In this document: piece by piece, positions 52,901 through 64,000 of the stretch
Numbering within the stretch: position 1 is the first letter of the stretch
Layout: each line of letters starts with the position of its first letter
From: Basidiobolus meristosporus CBS 931.73
Taxonomy: Eukaryota; Fungi; Basidiobolomycota
Direction of reading: 5' to 3'
Assembly (NCBI GenBank): GCA_002104905.1
Contig: MCFE01000391.1
Location: 1 to 64,000 of the forward strand
Length of the DNA: 64,000 nucleotides
The notes under the pieces: model-generated
The model's database searches: none
The model's input: the letters and a program-made list of their open reading frames with translations, nothing else
What the model was told of the DNA's origin: nothing
Translations under genes and position numbers: made by a program

Positions 52901-53981
52901 TCGTACTCCACAGCGAAACAATAATGTTGTGGAAGAGCAAAGAGAATTCACGAGACACATCGTTGTCGTTTAGGGTTAACTCGCATATCACGCTGTTTAC
53001 GGCCGAAAGAATCAATGGCGTGGTATTGGTTTCACGTGGATAACAATAGAAGTAAGTTAAGAACAGGCACAAGATGTTAAACCCATAATCCCGGACCCAA
53101 TCATACGTGGATGCGACCAGCAAACAAATGATCTTTGCAACCTCAACCTCGGCTAGATTGGTGCCTAATTGCTGTGTGCGAGCTTTGGTTCGATACCTCG
53201 ACTGAGGCTTCTTCGGAGAAATATTAGAATACGCGCTAAACATGCCTTTCAAAGCGGTGTTCGGCTTTGAGTAATCAGAAGAATGGGGCGATTCTATATC
53301 TGATTCAACGTCGGTTTCGTCCGAGCTGAAATCAATGGGCTCCGATCTTAGAGGTCGAGAATGGTTTGCTTTCGCTGTCTGTGTTGAAGTAAGGTCTTTT
53401 TCGCCAATAAGGGTACTGCCAAACAAATAAATGAGGTTGTCCCACAATGTTCTAGAGAGTTTGTCGCGATATGGTCTATGCACGAGGATATAATTAGCCA
53501 ATGCTTTTGAGTAATCTAATAAAAATGGAGTAAAAATATCCAGATTTTGTCTGGTTGCATCGGGAGCAAACGAAGAGTTTTTGAATGGTTGCTCATCCGA
53601 AAAGCTCTCTCTGTTAAGCCACAGCGTGGCGATTATATGCGAATATACGTCACGAATGATTCGGTAGAGTGGCTGAGCAGAATTACTATGACAAACTTTT
53701 AAAATCCACCGGAAATCCGCGCCTAATTGTTTGAATCTAGTGGGTACCGAAGCAGTACTTAACGGGGCTGAGCCGAGTTTTTTTAGAAAATCACGCTGCT
53801 CCAGCTCGACTAAACCCATGTACTCCAGAACCACATGTTCCCAAGTCTCTTGGTCTATATGAGGTAGATTCGATTCGATGGAAAGGAGCTCCTTCAATTG
53901 ATTAACGCTTTCGGTTCGCTTTTTGATGACTCGGGAGCCAAAACCAGTACAGCAATGAGAAATGCTACTTGCCAAGGACAT
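43966..53981 (-). CDS. TEL1: ATM/Tel1 PIKK serine/threonine kinase, about 3319 aa (exons 53981-44753, 44696-43966)
   Basis: N-terminal TAN-like motif, FAT region, kinase motifs KGNDDLRQDAVMEQVF, GLGDRHAQNILID and IHIDLGIAFDQG, and FATC ending LYPGWSPFL. A 56-nt GT-AG intron joins the two ORFs in frame. Confidence 0.97.
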
Positions 53982-54573
53982 TGTTGTACCGACGCATATA
54001 TATCAGTATCTTGCGACACGGACGTTGAGAAAGCAGATTCTCTAATGGAATACAACTTTAAGTGTGCAATCGAAGTCGACAGAGCTCACAAGGAAAACGC
54101 TGCCGCAATAAAGGTAAATATTTACAAGTGTATTGCTGTATAGTTAGAAATCAAGCAAAACGGCACCGGCTACTGAGGATATTCACAACCACATCAAGTG
54201 TTTACTTTTCGAAGACAATTGACCCAATCAATATTTGGGGTGTGAAAAAAACGCGCACCAATATCAACTTCTGGTTAGTTAACACAGGGGCCTGACTCTA
54301 CTATTCAACCAGATACGATTGAGAGTCACAAAGCTAGGGTTTGTACTCTTTCGGGAATATTCACATGTTTATTCGATATGTACATAGTATTAACAGAAGA
54401 CAAACAATCAAGGCCAAACAGATATCTCAAACATCGGTTGACAATTATAGAGGCCTATTAAGATTACATGTGCAATAAGACATCGGCTTACAACGATACG
54501 AGATTCATAATTGAGCAATGAAAACTGATCCACTATTGAAGTACGATTTTACCAGCTACTATTAAGGGCAGAA

Positions 54574-56029
54574 TTATCCAAGGATCGGCAAGAACTGTAT
54601 ATCAACCAAGAGTTAGTTCAGAAGCAAGGTGCATGCGAATGACAAAGATTACTTACATTGCCGACAATGGCGAGAGGAATGTCGAATATGTCCCTTTTGA
54701 ATGTAAAGCAAAAAGCGCACGGGACTATCCGACCAGTGGGGGTGATGAGATTGCACTTTGTTTTGACTGATTGTTCGGAATTGTCAAATGCATGTGTAGC
54801 AAAATGTTCCCAATAGTTGATTGCTGACACGTTATCCATGAGCTGAGGAGGCGGGTTAGTATTTGCGCTAACGAATAGCAGGGCTCAGGTCCGTACCTCA
54901 TAAATGTATGTCGGCTTACTAAATAAGTCCTCTTTAGACCACTGGGTTAGTAATGAGAACTCTTTTCCTGCCAAGGCTATTTGACCTGTACGACGCCATA
55001 CAACCGTAGGGGTTCCCGAAAAGCTGATCAATTTCTCGAACTCCTGGTACCGTAAAATAATTGATTAGCTTGTCGGCTGATCTACAGAGAACCGATGGCA
55101 ATACTAACCAGTAGAATTCTCTGGAAACTTTTCTCCATGTAAATCATGTCCTCTTCGGTTAGGTTTCTGATAAGCGCGATGAATGAAGGACGAAAGGAGG
55201 TGAACGCTTTACAGACGCGAATGATTTCTTCTTTCGTCATTCTAAGCAAGTCGTCAGGATCCGGTATAAAATTATGTTTGGTTAAGTTGGTCACTCACCT
55301 TTCCTTGATATAGCGAAACAAATAATGATATCCCTCAATGTAGTTGAAGGGGGCAGTTGGGTTGTGATATATAGCACTCACGGCCGGCACGACGTTCATC
55401 AGATTGGGGCTTCTTTGCATTATATTTCCGATAGCTAGTAAATCGCTGTTCGCATCTGCGCCAAGGGCAGTGTTCCAGGCGGCATCCGACACACTCTCAC
55501 TAGGATTGGCCAGCATGTTGCTCAAGACAGAATATTCAAGATTGAGTGCCTCAGATCCAAAACCGCAGCTTTGTGTGGGTGATAGGCTGTAAGGTGAGGA
55601 GTTTATGATAGGGGTAGCTAAAGCAAAGAATTACCAGTCAGATGAAAAAGCCTAGGATGGGCTGGATAATCATGGAAACATACCCCCGCCACCAATATCT
55701 TGCAAATATTTCGCTTTTTTTCGATGCCCGTCTCGACAGGTAGCAGCCAAGTTGCGTTTTATACAACGTTGACAAGGTCGGGCTTTAAGAGCTCCATTAG
55801 TAACTGGGTGCTTTGAAAGGAGAACAAAGAGCTTACAATCATCACAGGTTAAATGGGCCTTTTGACAGTGGAAGCAAGCACGAGCGGTTTTCCTTCTCTT
55901 GGCGAGTTTTGTTTGATCGGTGTCAGGACTGTGGGTGATTGGTTGTTGATTGGGAGAGGAGCTGGTAGAAGTTGTCGATATCGGCGAGTTAGCGGTTTCG
56001 TAAATAGGGTTTGAAGCCACCTGTGCCAT
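54574..56029 (-). CDS. Zn2Cys6 + PAS transcription factor of the Ert1/AcuK/Rds2 family (6 introns seen)
   Basis: [15 protein letters not shown]|[26 protein letters not shown]; [10 protein letters not shown]; FRPSFIA; [14 protein letters not shown]; C-terminus [13 protein letters not shown]|FLPILG. GT-AG introns, some with CTAAC branch points. Confidence 0.92.
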
Positions 56030-57728
56030 ACTGAATAGTTAGAACACTTTCTATATCAAAGATGATTCTTCGGGAAGACACGGAGTGTTGAGAAAATAAT
56101 AAAATATTGATAAGAAAGCACAGCTAAAAAAAACTCATCAGAAAAAAAGAGCCTATGGGATTTTAAACAACACTGAATAGGCTAATAATACCCAAGCCAT
56201 GTGATCATATCACCGGAGGGATCCTAGATCATGGTCACGCCTGAGCCAAGAGCGCACACTATATTCAATCCACAGCACTTACCTGATTCAGGTAATTGTA
56301 CACCGGTGTTGTATGGAGGGGTTAGTCACGAATGTGTAACTCAGGATTCGAATCACTGAGTACTCTGCTCGAGACCCTTAATAATTCCCTGTGCTGATGG
56401 ATAAGGAGTGGTGATGATTACGATATATTTCACTGTAATCTTCGCACATATTCCATTGTGATGAGAGCTGAGGCAGTCTTACCTTTTGAATTGCCGGTTG
56501 CACATGTAGCATGACTCATGTACATATGACCATCACCGCCAAAACCCCTTCTAACTACTGTGCTCCAACAACTGGCAAGCGATGCTACCACAAGGGCACT
56601 CAGGGTACATAGGGGATTCGTCAGCTTCGATCGATGATAAAGAAGCTCGCAGGCATTCTCCCCAGCACCGGGGAAGTGACCGAGATTGCTGAATCGATTT
56701 CTGGTAGATGGCCGCTGGTACTGCGCTCACATGTGAGGCGGCATTGGAGAGTGACCATTCATTTTAGTGCAGTTTCACTCTTCGACATCAATCTCTCAAG
56801 TAATACCGCAATCAGCTCCTGCTCCAAACGTTTGTCTAGTAATTCGCAACTGACAGCTTCGATGCTGCTGATGGTGGCTGATACGGTCGCACTAAATCAG
56901 GTCTAACTTTGACACCTGATGATCACACGCATTGCTTGTGTTTAAGTAGATCTTGATTGGCTTGAAGATGGTCTTACCGTGTGAGCGATCAGGTTGCGAG
57001 GATAAGAATCTTTGCACCAGCAGTTACCCAAGTAGACTCCCTCTCAACAATCTCTGTGCCTACCAACGCCACTGCAGCAAGTATAGAAATCTGAGCCACG
57101 CCCAAGGTTTACAGCCGCAGCGGGATGGTATCGGTGAAGGCATTCTTGACACTATTTCAAGACTGGGATAGGCCGCTCACTGGCTTCTGATAGCTTGGAT
57201 ACATGCAGATGCAGAAACAATTCAAAATGGACAACCATTAGCCTGATTGACTCTGAAACACTAGGTTACTTGATGATCTGGTTAGGCAGGGGTTGGGACA
57301 CTGGCACTCTATCATGATCCTTCGATGGGTAAGCCCCCAAGAATTAATTGCGATTTGAAGAATGGGTGAGAACCCGCAATGGAAACTGATGATCTAGTCT
57401 AGATGTTTAGTTTTGCTCAATCCAGGATAGTGCGCCAATGAAGTAGACATTGGTATTTTGATTCCTATTCCAGCTCACAATAGCCGTGTATGTGTACTAT
57501 TCTGGAATTGCAAATAAAGCTTCACCCACATCTTTCCAGAATCACATATGCCTCCAATATACTCGGATACCGCACTAACGGCAAAGGCCAGCTTTTATTT
57601 TATGTGTTCGTCTCATTTTGCTAAGAATGACGGCCAATAATGTGCTGTCGGAATCATCACTCTATAGGATTGCAATGATGCAGAAAGTTATGGGTACAGG
57701 TAAGGGGCAATCCTATCGGCTGTTCGTG

Positions 57729-58172
57729 TTATAATAACAGAGCAGCAACTCCGCTGGAGATCAAGGCCACATACTCGATAGCTAGCCATGTCCTACTACC
57801 GGCATCGGTAAGAATATTAACGTTGGAGCTCTTGGTTGGCTTGGGGGCAGTTGTCGAGTATGTTTGAGACTCAAGTGGCACATCTTTGCATTGTTTTTCT
57901 TGTTCGGCTGCTTGGCAAGTGTTTAGTGCTGCGGTTACATTGGCGTCTTGGCGACAGTATTGTGTGCAAAAGACAAACTCTTTAGCCTGCATACAGTTAC
58001 ACTGCAAGTCACTCACACTACATAATTTATTCAGGGCATTGCTTCGACAAAGGTTGTAGGTAGCAGGATCCTCACAGGCGCTAGTCTGAGACAGAGCTGG
58101 TAAACAGGAGGTGGCTGCTAGACTTGTTCCAACAAAGGTAGCAAGAGGAAGGAGAACGTATGTTAGCCTCAT
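57729..58172 (-). CDS. Secreted Cys-rich protein with predicted GPI-anchor signal (147 aa)
   Basis: Signal-like MRLTYVLLPLATFVGTSLA, 10 Cys, an S/T/P linker and a hydrophobic C-terminus. The ORF-track start at 58241 is probably 23 codons too early. Confidence 0.8.
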   Translation of the reverse strand: MRLTYVLLPLATFVGTSLAATSCLPALSQTSACEDPATYNLCRSNALNKLCSVSDLQCNCMQAKEFVFCTQYCRQDANVTAALNTCQAAEQEKQCKDVPLESQTYSTTAPKPTKSSNVNILTDAGSRTWLAIEYVALISSGVAALLL

Positions 58173-59723
58173 GGCAGAATGTGTGATAACGAAAATCCTG
58201 GAGAAAACGACCAGTGTCCAGGAGTATTTATACCAAATCAACAGGAACTGGAGCTATACACATGTCACTAATCAGGATTATAACGTAACAGAGGTGCCAT
58301 TATTCTTCGTAACACCATAGCGTCTGTGGAACGTACGATAGTGTGCATCCTCTTGTTCTGGATAGAAATTCTTTTGACTATCGACTTCGACCAAACTAGA
58401 ATCACCGTAGGCGGAAACCTTGTATTTGCTGAATAGGTAGTAACCGATTCGCCCTATATCCCCAAAAAGCAATCGCATGGAACGAGGAATCTTCGAACCT
58501 TTCAAGCGCCGTCTCCAGCACTCAGCATCAACACAATCAACCCATATGTGGAATCTATAAATATACCCGATCGATCACTAAGTCTTCGCTGGTTACCACG
58601 ACTTGAGGAGGTACAAAGATCCTCAGCACTGGGCAATGCAAGTACGCCTCTGGGTGGAATCTCCCGCCCACACTTCTAAGGATCCCTATTTTAGATGGAA
58701 TCATACGGAAAGTCTAATTGTATTCCAAATCCATCAACACCACGCCACTTTCCTTAAATGTACCGGAGAATTTAGAAGCGGATGAAATTCGAACCATAGT
58801 GACAATGCCTGAAAGGAATGGCCCGTGGGTGTTGGCTATGCTGGCCACACCCTCATAGTGATTACTCGGGGCATCGGCAAATGGCAGTATTGCAATCCAT
58901 TTCAGGGCAATATGCTTCCTAGCATTGATCAAACCAGGTCAGAGCACCCTCTGGCTGTACGAATAATGTGTTGTGTGTCATCCATATGCAGCTAATCACA
59001 GCAACACCCAAGCTCACCGCGACGTTTGTAATATCAGGTGCCAGCAGCTGGTGAGTACCAGTGCTGGAAAGTAGGGGCACCAACACCTTCGAGGACACAC
59101 ATCTTGTGCTCCTGTGGCATGAGGTATCTGCCCCACTTGCACAGTTGATCGATGTTGATTTCTGTTTCATGAGTAGACCCGATTTCAAATCCAAAATTAA
59201 TCGAAAGCCCGTCAGTTGCCCCTCAATTTGGCCAAATATTGGCTGATTGCAGGATGCAGTCCTCATTAAGAAAATGCGTCTGCGTTAAACGTGGAAATGA
59301 CCTAGATCTAATGTTCGTCTTCGATGGCCAAACTGGCTATTCTATTGATATATACTAGTGAGAGAGCTGCCTCTCATCTGCAGACTGCCGGTCTAGTTGC
59401 TGGGATCGCAGCATGATGCCAGTAATGTAGATTGTTTTCAAATAGATCAAAGTTGGTCTTCACGGTGTTGCCATGGCCACTTTTAGGTTTTCAGTTGGCT
59501 TATTACTCCCCGGTTTCAATGATGGTTTTTTCGGCATTAAGCTGCTTGTGTAGTATCAACATCAGAATCTGCCAGACTTCTTACATATATAAGACTGGCA
59601 ATGGCTTGCTATCAAAAGTCCCCATCCCGAAAGCTTTATTCCCATTGTTGTTATTCTCACTTTTCAAGAGATCCTCATTTCACATATAGTCATTCAAGTT
59701 CGAAGTATCGCGTACGGGATTAC

Positions 59724-60402
59724 ATGTCGGTTGCGTCTTGGGTGAAAATCACGTTTCCTGGTCAAGAAGGGACCCAGAAAATACGATTTCATATTCAGTT
59801 CTTGAGCGCATCAAAAGGTAAGAATAGTTTATGTCTAGAGTCCGCTCTCCGCATTCGTAACTTCAGCTTGATATCTAGTGATATGTGGCCGTTGTAGCCA
59901 GCATATGTTGGTTGGTCCGCAGCCGTACAAATACCTACGCTGTGCCAGCTGTGGATCGCAACTCACCACGCCCCTTCATTCCTCCTACTGTTGCTCTATC
60001 TTGGATCCAACCATTGCCGAAGATTTCAAGTTTGATAAACCAATTGATCTCGGACTTTTCCTACAAAACCATGGTATTGCTTTGTCTGCGTACTCAGCAC
60101 GCTTTGGATTCGTCTACTTCAAGGACAAATCGAGCTCTTCATCGATACTCGTCAGACCAATGAGAAAGATTCGGAATGACTTGAGATTTCTAGGAAGCAA
60201 TTGGGGAAGGGCATTAGCTGTCATTTCTGGCCCTTGGTTCAAACTATACGATATCCAGAGCGAGTTTAATATGGAGATTCAGCACAAGGTTGATTTCAAA
60301 GATTTAGGGCACATGAGATCGCCAAATCGAACTAACCAAGTTCAAGCTGATTGGCGAATTAGAGCTGAGGGATCTCCGGCTCGACTATTTGGCGGAATAT
60401 AA
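59724..60402 (+). CDS. Hypothetical protein (about 205 aa if 59818-59878 is spliced) with two CxxC motifs
   Basis: A 174-codon open frame is joined in phase to an upstream ATG exon by GTAAGA...CTAG, with TATATAA upstream. No family recognised. Confidence 0.35.
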
Positions 60403-61488
60403 AGGACGCCGCTTTGTGCTTGCGCTCTCCAGGGGCAAGTCATATGTATATGTCCAAGTTGGCTCTAATATACTTCAGAATTGGTACTGATTAGCCAATT
60501 GATTGTGAGCTTGAGTATTTCTGCTAAAATGATTTTACAGGTGGGGTGAGTGTATCGAGTACTACGTTCGAAAATACCATTCTCCCAAGCAGCACAAATC
60601 AAGCAGCAACCTAACCTATGAGAGGTATCAGACTAACGCAGTAAACCCACTGAATAGACCACCATCACTTAATGGGAGCTTGCCTAGATCATTCCTCGAA
60701 TCGGAACGAAGTAATATAGTAAAACATCTAAGAAAGCATTCCAGCGCTCTTCATATTGGTGGCTTCGAAGCAACCCCCTCAATTGGAGACTGCGAATGTA
60801 AGCCATGCACAGACCATATCAGTATTCCAGAGCTAATTTCAAGGGATTTCCTATTAGTAAGGGGGACTTCCAACACACATCCATCAGGTAACCCGATACT
60901 CTTTAGAAAGCAACTCGAAGCTGATCTTCATTTTGGTAGAAGCGGTGGAAGGAGCTGGCTTGGCTACCACCTCTCGCATCACCGAGACTTCCAATAGCTC
61001 ATTTAACGTTGCTAAGAGCCAAGGAACTAGCGACCACTGGTCAACTATCTCTGCCCCAGAATCAGGAGTATTCCGACTAAATAATTTTCGAGTAGTAAGT
61101 AATTGGGACCACCTGTTAGATGCATTTCCTCTACCCCCCAGTGTAATATGAAGACCTACACACATAAACGCAACCTTACCGATTTTGAGCCTTTAATACT
61201 GCGCAAGATCAGAAATAATTTTGCATCCTTTCCTTCAATGTGTGTGTTAATTGGAGACGGTTTAATTTGTTGGATTTTAGACTATAAACGCAGATATCCC
61301 AAGCACTGCCCAATGTATTAAGGCAATAATTTGTCGCACCATGTTCCTATTGAAATCCAATATTGATGATACGAGTCATCAAAAGATCATACCCACAAAA
61401 AATGTAAAATTTCTCATTAACCACTCCACTACAGACGAAATCCCATTTTCCACCTTCCTGGTGAACTTGCAATACGTTACTTGGTAAA

Positions 61489-61842
61489 ATGTTCTTTTTT
61501 CCAAACAGAAAGCTGAATCCAACCGGAAAGAGGTAGCTCACGTTGTAACCCATGATAAGCTCGGACAAAAACTCAGCTTCTAAACTTTATAAGATTGCTC
61601 ACTGTGATTGTCTCCTTTCCGATCTTGGTTGTAACCTCTTACGTTCAATACAAGCGCTGTTAGTACCCCTGCTCCACCTTAGTCATTTAGCTTATACTAA
61701 CACCGCTTTCATAGTCGTCCTAGGAGAGCCTATCAAGAGTAGACCCACAAAAACTCCAGAACAAATCTTGCTCGAAGATGCCCAACGTATGCTTGACGAA
61801 GAGGATCGTCAGGCTGCTAGAGAGTCTTATAATAGCCAATAG
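61489..61842 (+). CDS. Small single-pass membrane protein, 78 aa (exons 61489-61532, 61594-61658, 61715-61842)
   Basis: The spliced product is MFFFPNRKLNPTGKRLLTVIVSFPILVVTSYVQYKRFVLGEPIK...YNSQ. The second intron has GTTAGT, a TACTAAC branch point and TAG. The first exon and intron are less certain. Confidence 0.7.
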
Positions 61843-62277
61843 AAGTAGCTTTCGAATAGCTGAGCCTACGTACCAACCATTTCATTCTTGCATCGCACCA
61901 CCAAGGCCTAACCTGAGTTTGACTTGGTGTTCCTATAAAATATTTCCAGTATCCATAAATTTCAAAGTCACACACATTTTCATAATACGCATATGGGCTG
62001 CAATCAAGATTAGTGTACCAGCTGCAGTGCATACACTCTAGCAAAACAGATTTGGTAGTGTTCATATTGAATATTCACGCCTTGGTGAACAAATAGCATG
62101 TGATGCGCGTATATAGGAGACCATCATCTCATAGTTCGCCCAACCCAATATTTGTATTCAAATCATCGAAACCACTATTGGTTACTACGAGGAATGCTCG
62201 ACCGTTTAGTGAAAGGCTCGTCCGATTGACCTTTATTTGAATTAGATGTTTGAATGTTAGGATCTAGCTTGGGCAGC

Positions 62278-63045
62278 TTATTTGTCAGCAATCTTCTTGG
62301 TACCGCGAAGCAAACCGGTACGACGAGCGGCGATAAGACCGACCTTTTGACCAGCAGACGAGTCACGGGCAACAGTAGAAGCATGACCGATGTGTTGGTG
62401 ATTACCACCACCGTGGGGATGGTCAACGGGGTTCATAGCAACACCACGAGTCTTAGGCCAGCAGTTACGCTTGACTCTGTACTTGTGGTAGGCACGACCA
62501 GCCTTAAGCAAAGGTTTATCGATACGACCACCACCAGCGACGATACCAATAGTAGCACGGCAGGTAGATTGGATGACCTTCTTGGAGCCAGAAGGAAGCT
62601 TCACTCTAGTCTTTCCGTCATCGTGGTTGTGGGAAATGATGGTGGCATAGTTACCAGAGGCACGAGCAATAGCACCACGATCACCAACAGACTCTTCGAT
62701 GTTACAGATGATGGTACCCTCGGGCATGGCAGAAAGGGGAAGAACGTTGCCAATAGTCAAAGCGGCCTTCTTACCACAGTAAACAAATTGACCGGTGTAC
62801 ATGCCTTCAGTAGCAATGAAGGTTTGTGTGTGGGTCTTGTATCTATAAGGATCACGGAATTGAACTTTGGCAAGAGGGGCGCCACGTCCGGGATCGTGAA
62901 TGATTTCCTTGACGATACCGCGAATGTAACCATTGCGTTCAGCAAAATCTAAGGGACGGAGCTGTGCGGCGCCTTTTCTAAGTCTGGTGTGGGACTTGAA
63001 AATGCCACCAGGACCCTTTCTCTGAGCACGAATAACACGACCCAT
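62278..63045 (-). CDS. RPL2: 60S ribosomal protein L2 (uL2/L8), 255 aa
   Basis: [11 protein letters not shown]...[10 protein letters not shown]...[25 protein letters not shown]. Full length, no intron in the CDS. Confidence 0.99.
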   Translation of the reverse strand: MGRVIRAQRKGPGGIFKSHTRLRKGAAQLRPLDFAERNGYIRGIVKEIIHDPGRGAPLAKVQFRDPYRYKTHTQTFIATEGMYTGQFVYCGKKAALTIGNVLPLSAMPEGTIICNIEESVGDRGAIARASGNYATIISHNHDDGKTRVKLPSGSKKVIQSTCRATIGIVAGGGRIDKPLLKAGRAYHKYRVKRNCWPKTRGVAMNPVDHPHGGGNHQHIGHASTVARDSSAGQKVGLIAARRTGLLRGTKKIADK

Positions 63046-64000
63046 TTATGAATTATCTAGTTTCCTAACATCATAAAACATAATCGCGATGAGAACGATG
63101 TTTTGAGCCAAGTACGGTGATTTAGAAGTGCTAGGGGTTGAAGGTGGAGCTGAACATATGGCTTCTCTCACCGTCTCGTATGATAACGAATGGATGCAAT
63201 AGATGATGCGATGGATAATGGCTGGAAAATTTTACTCACCAATTGAATATGCACCCAACGGCAGACAAGGAATTAGATGGACGGAGGAAGAGGAGGGGAT
63301 GCTCCACGCATTTGATCATTTTGTGCTTGGATGCCGTTACGGATTGTGATTGGGTGACTGTGCCAAAAGAGATGGAAATTTTTTCGCCATCATTTCTAGC
63401 ATCGTGAGCCTTCCAGCTGCAGATCTGTAATTTGTCAAACTGATGTGGACCAGATTTGCCAATGTGCATCGTTTAGATCGCTCGGCGAGTAAGCGGGATA
63501 AATCCTCAGGCTTGCTCAGACCAGACTCGATATATTCATCACATTTCAACTTATGTTGACATACTAACAGAGCTCAATGGGTTGAAAGTAGTGTGAACAA
63601 GGGCGATTGGTCTGAAGCCCGTATTTCCATAGTGTTTGTTTGTAGAGTGGCACTATGACAACAAGGATTGCATGATGGCGATACTACTTCAACGTTTGGA
63701 TAGGTAATAATCGCATTAAAGAGACTGCGGTAACGAAGATTGTAAACCGTCTGCCAGACACCCAGCATCACCACTTTGATCTGCCAAACGGCCTTATTTA
63801 ATCTTTCCCTTTTGCTGCTGCGTGGCGAAAATACTGGTGGTATTGTGTTTTTCGAGCCAAATATTCAACACCGGCATATATTTTGACTTGCACACCCAAC
63901 GAAGTTACATTTATCAACTCGTCAGCCACCAGCGCATATTATCGATAATTATTATAGATGGATTGCATATGGATGCCACAATGCTCGATGATGACGTATT

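Noticed and set aside
56306-56329. GTGTTGTATG...GGTTAG resembling the 5' end of U6atac snRNA
   Set aside because: The essential AAGGAGA box and the downstream stem are absent, so this is likely a chance match.
56339-56361. Palindrome ACTCAG-GATTCGAATC-A-CTGAGT resembling a tRNA T-arm
   Set aside because: No A-box, acceptor stem or cloverleaf on either strand.
58278-59266. Several 60-115 aa ORFs as exons of a gene
   Set aside because: I could not assemble a consistent spliced frame or recognise a family.
62254-62952. 232-aa plus-strand ORF
   Set aside because: Antisense shadow of RPL2, produced by its codon bias.
63300-64000. Possible gene fragment at the window end
   Set aside because: Only short frames, with no motif or consistent splice pattern.
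1-64000. CRISPR arrays, rRNA or tRNA genes
   Set aside because: No regularly spaced repeats or recognisable RNA genes were seen, and the sequence is eukaryotic.

Overview
Eukaryotic (fungal) genomic DNA. The gene content and short GT-AG introns suggest an early-diverging fungus, which is inference only. The window has two sharply different halves. (1) About 1-31.5 kb is a strongly CpG-depleted nest of decayed transposons: three Ty1/Copia pieces plus a solo LTR, one Ty3/Gypsy bounded by both LTRs, a second Gypsy/LTR family, and probable CACTA/EnSpm remnants. Inserted into these are younger PHIS (PIF/Harbinger/ISL2EU-superfamily) DNA transposons with 5'-ANT-3' target duplications (Pangu-type). 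They carry a 294-aa DDE transposase and a divergently transcribed, spliced second ORF of unknown function. A 734-bp foldback derivative of the family sits inside one copy. (2) About 31.5-64 kb has normal CpG content and holds an Msn2/Seb1-like C2H2 transcription factor, ATM/Tel1 kinase (about 3319 aa, one visible intron), an Ert1/AcuK-type Zn2Cys6-PAS factor, a Cys-rich GPI-type surface protein, a 78-aa three-exon membrane microprotein absent from the ORF track, and RPL2. Two hairpin-dense non-coding segments flank the C2H2 gene. All alignments and folds were done by eye.
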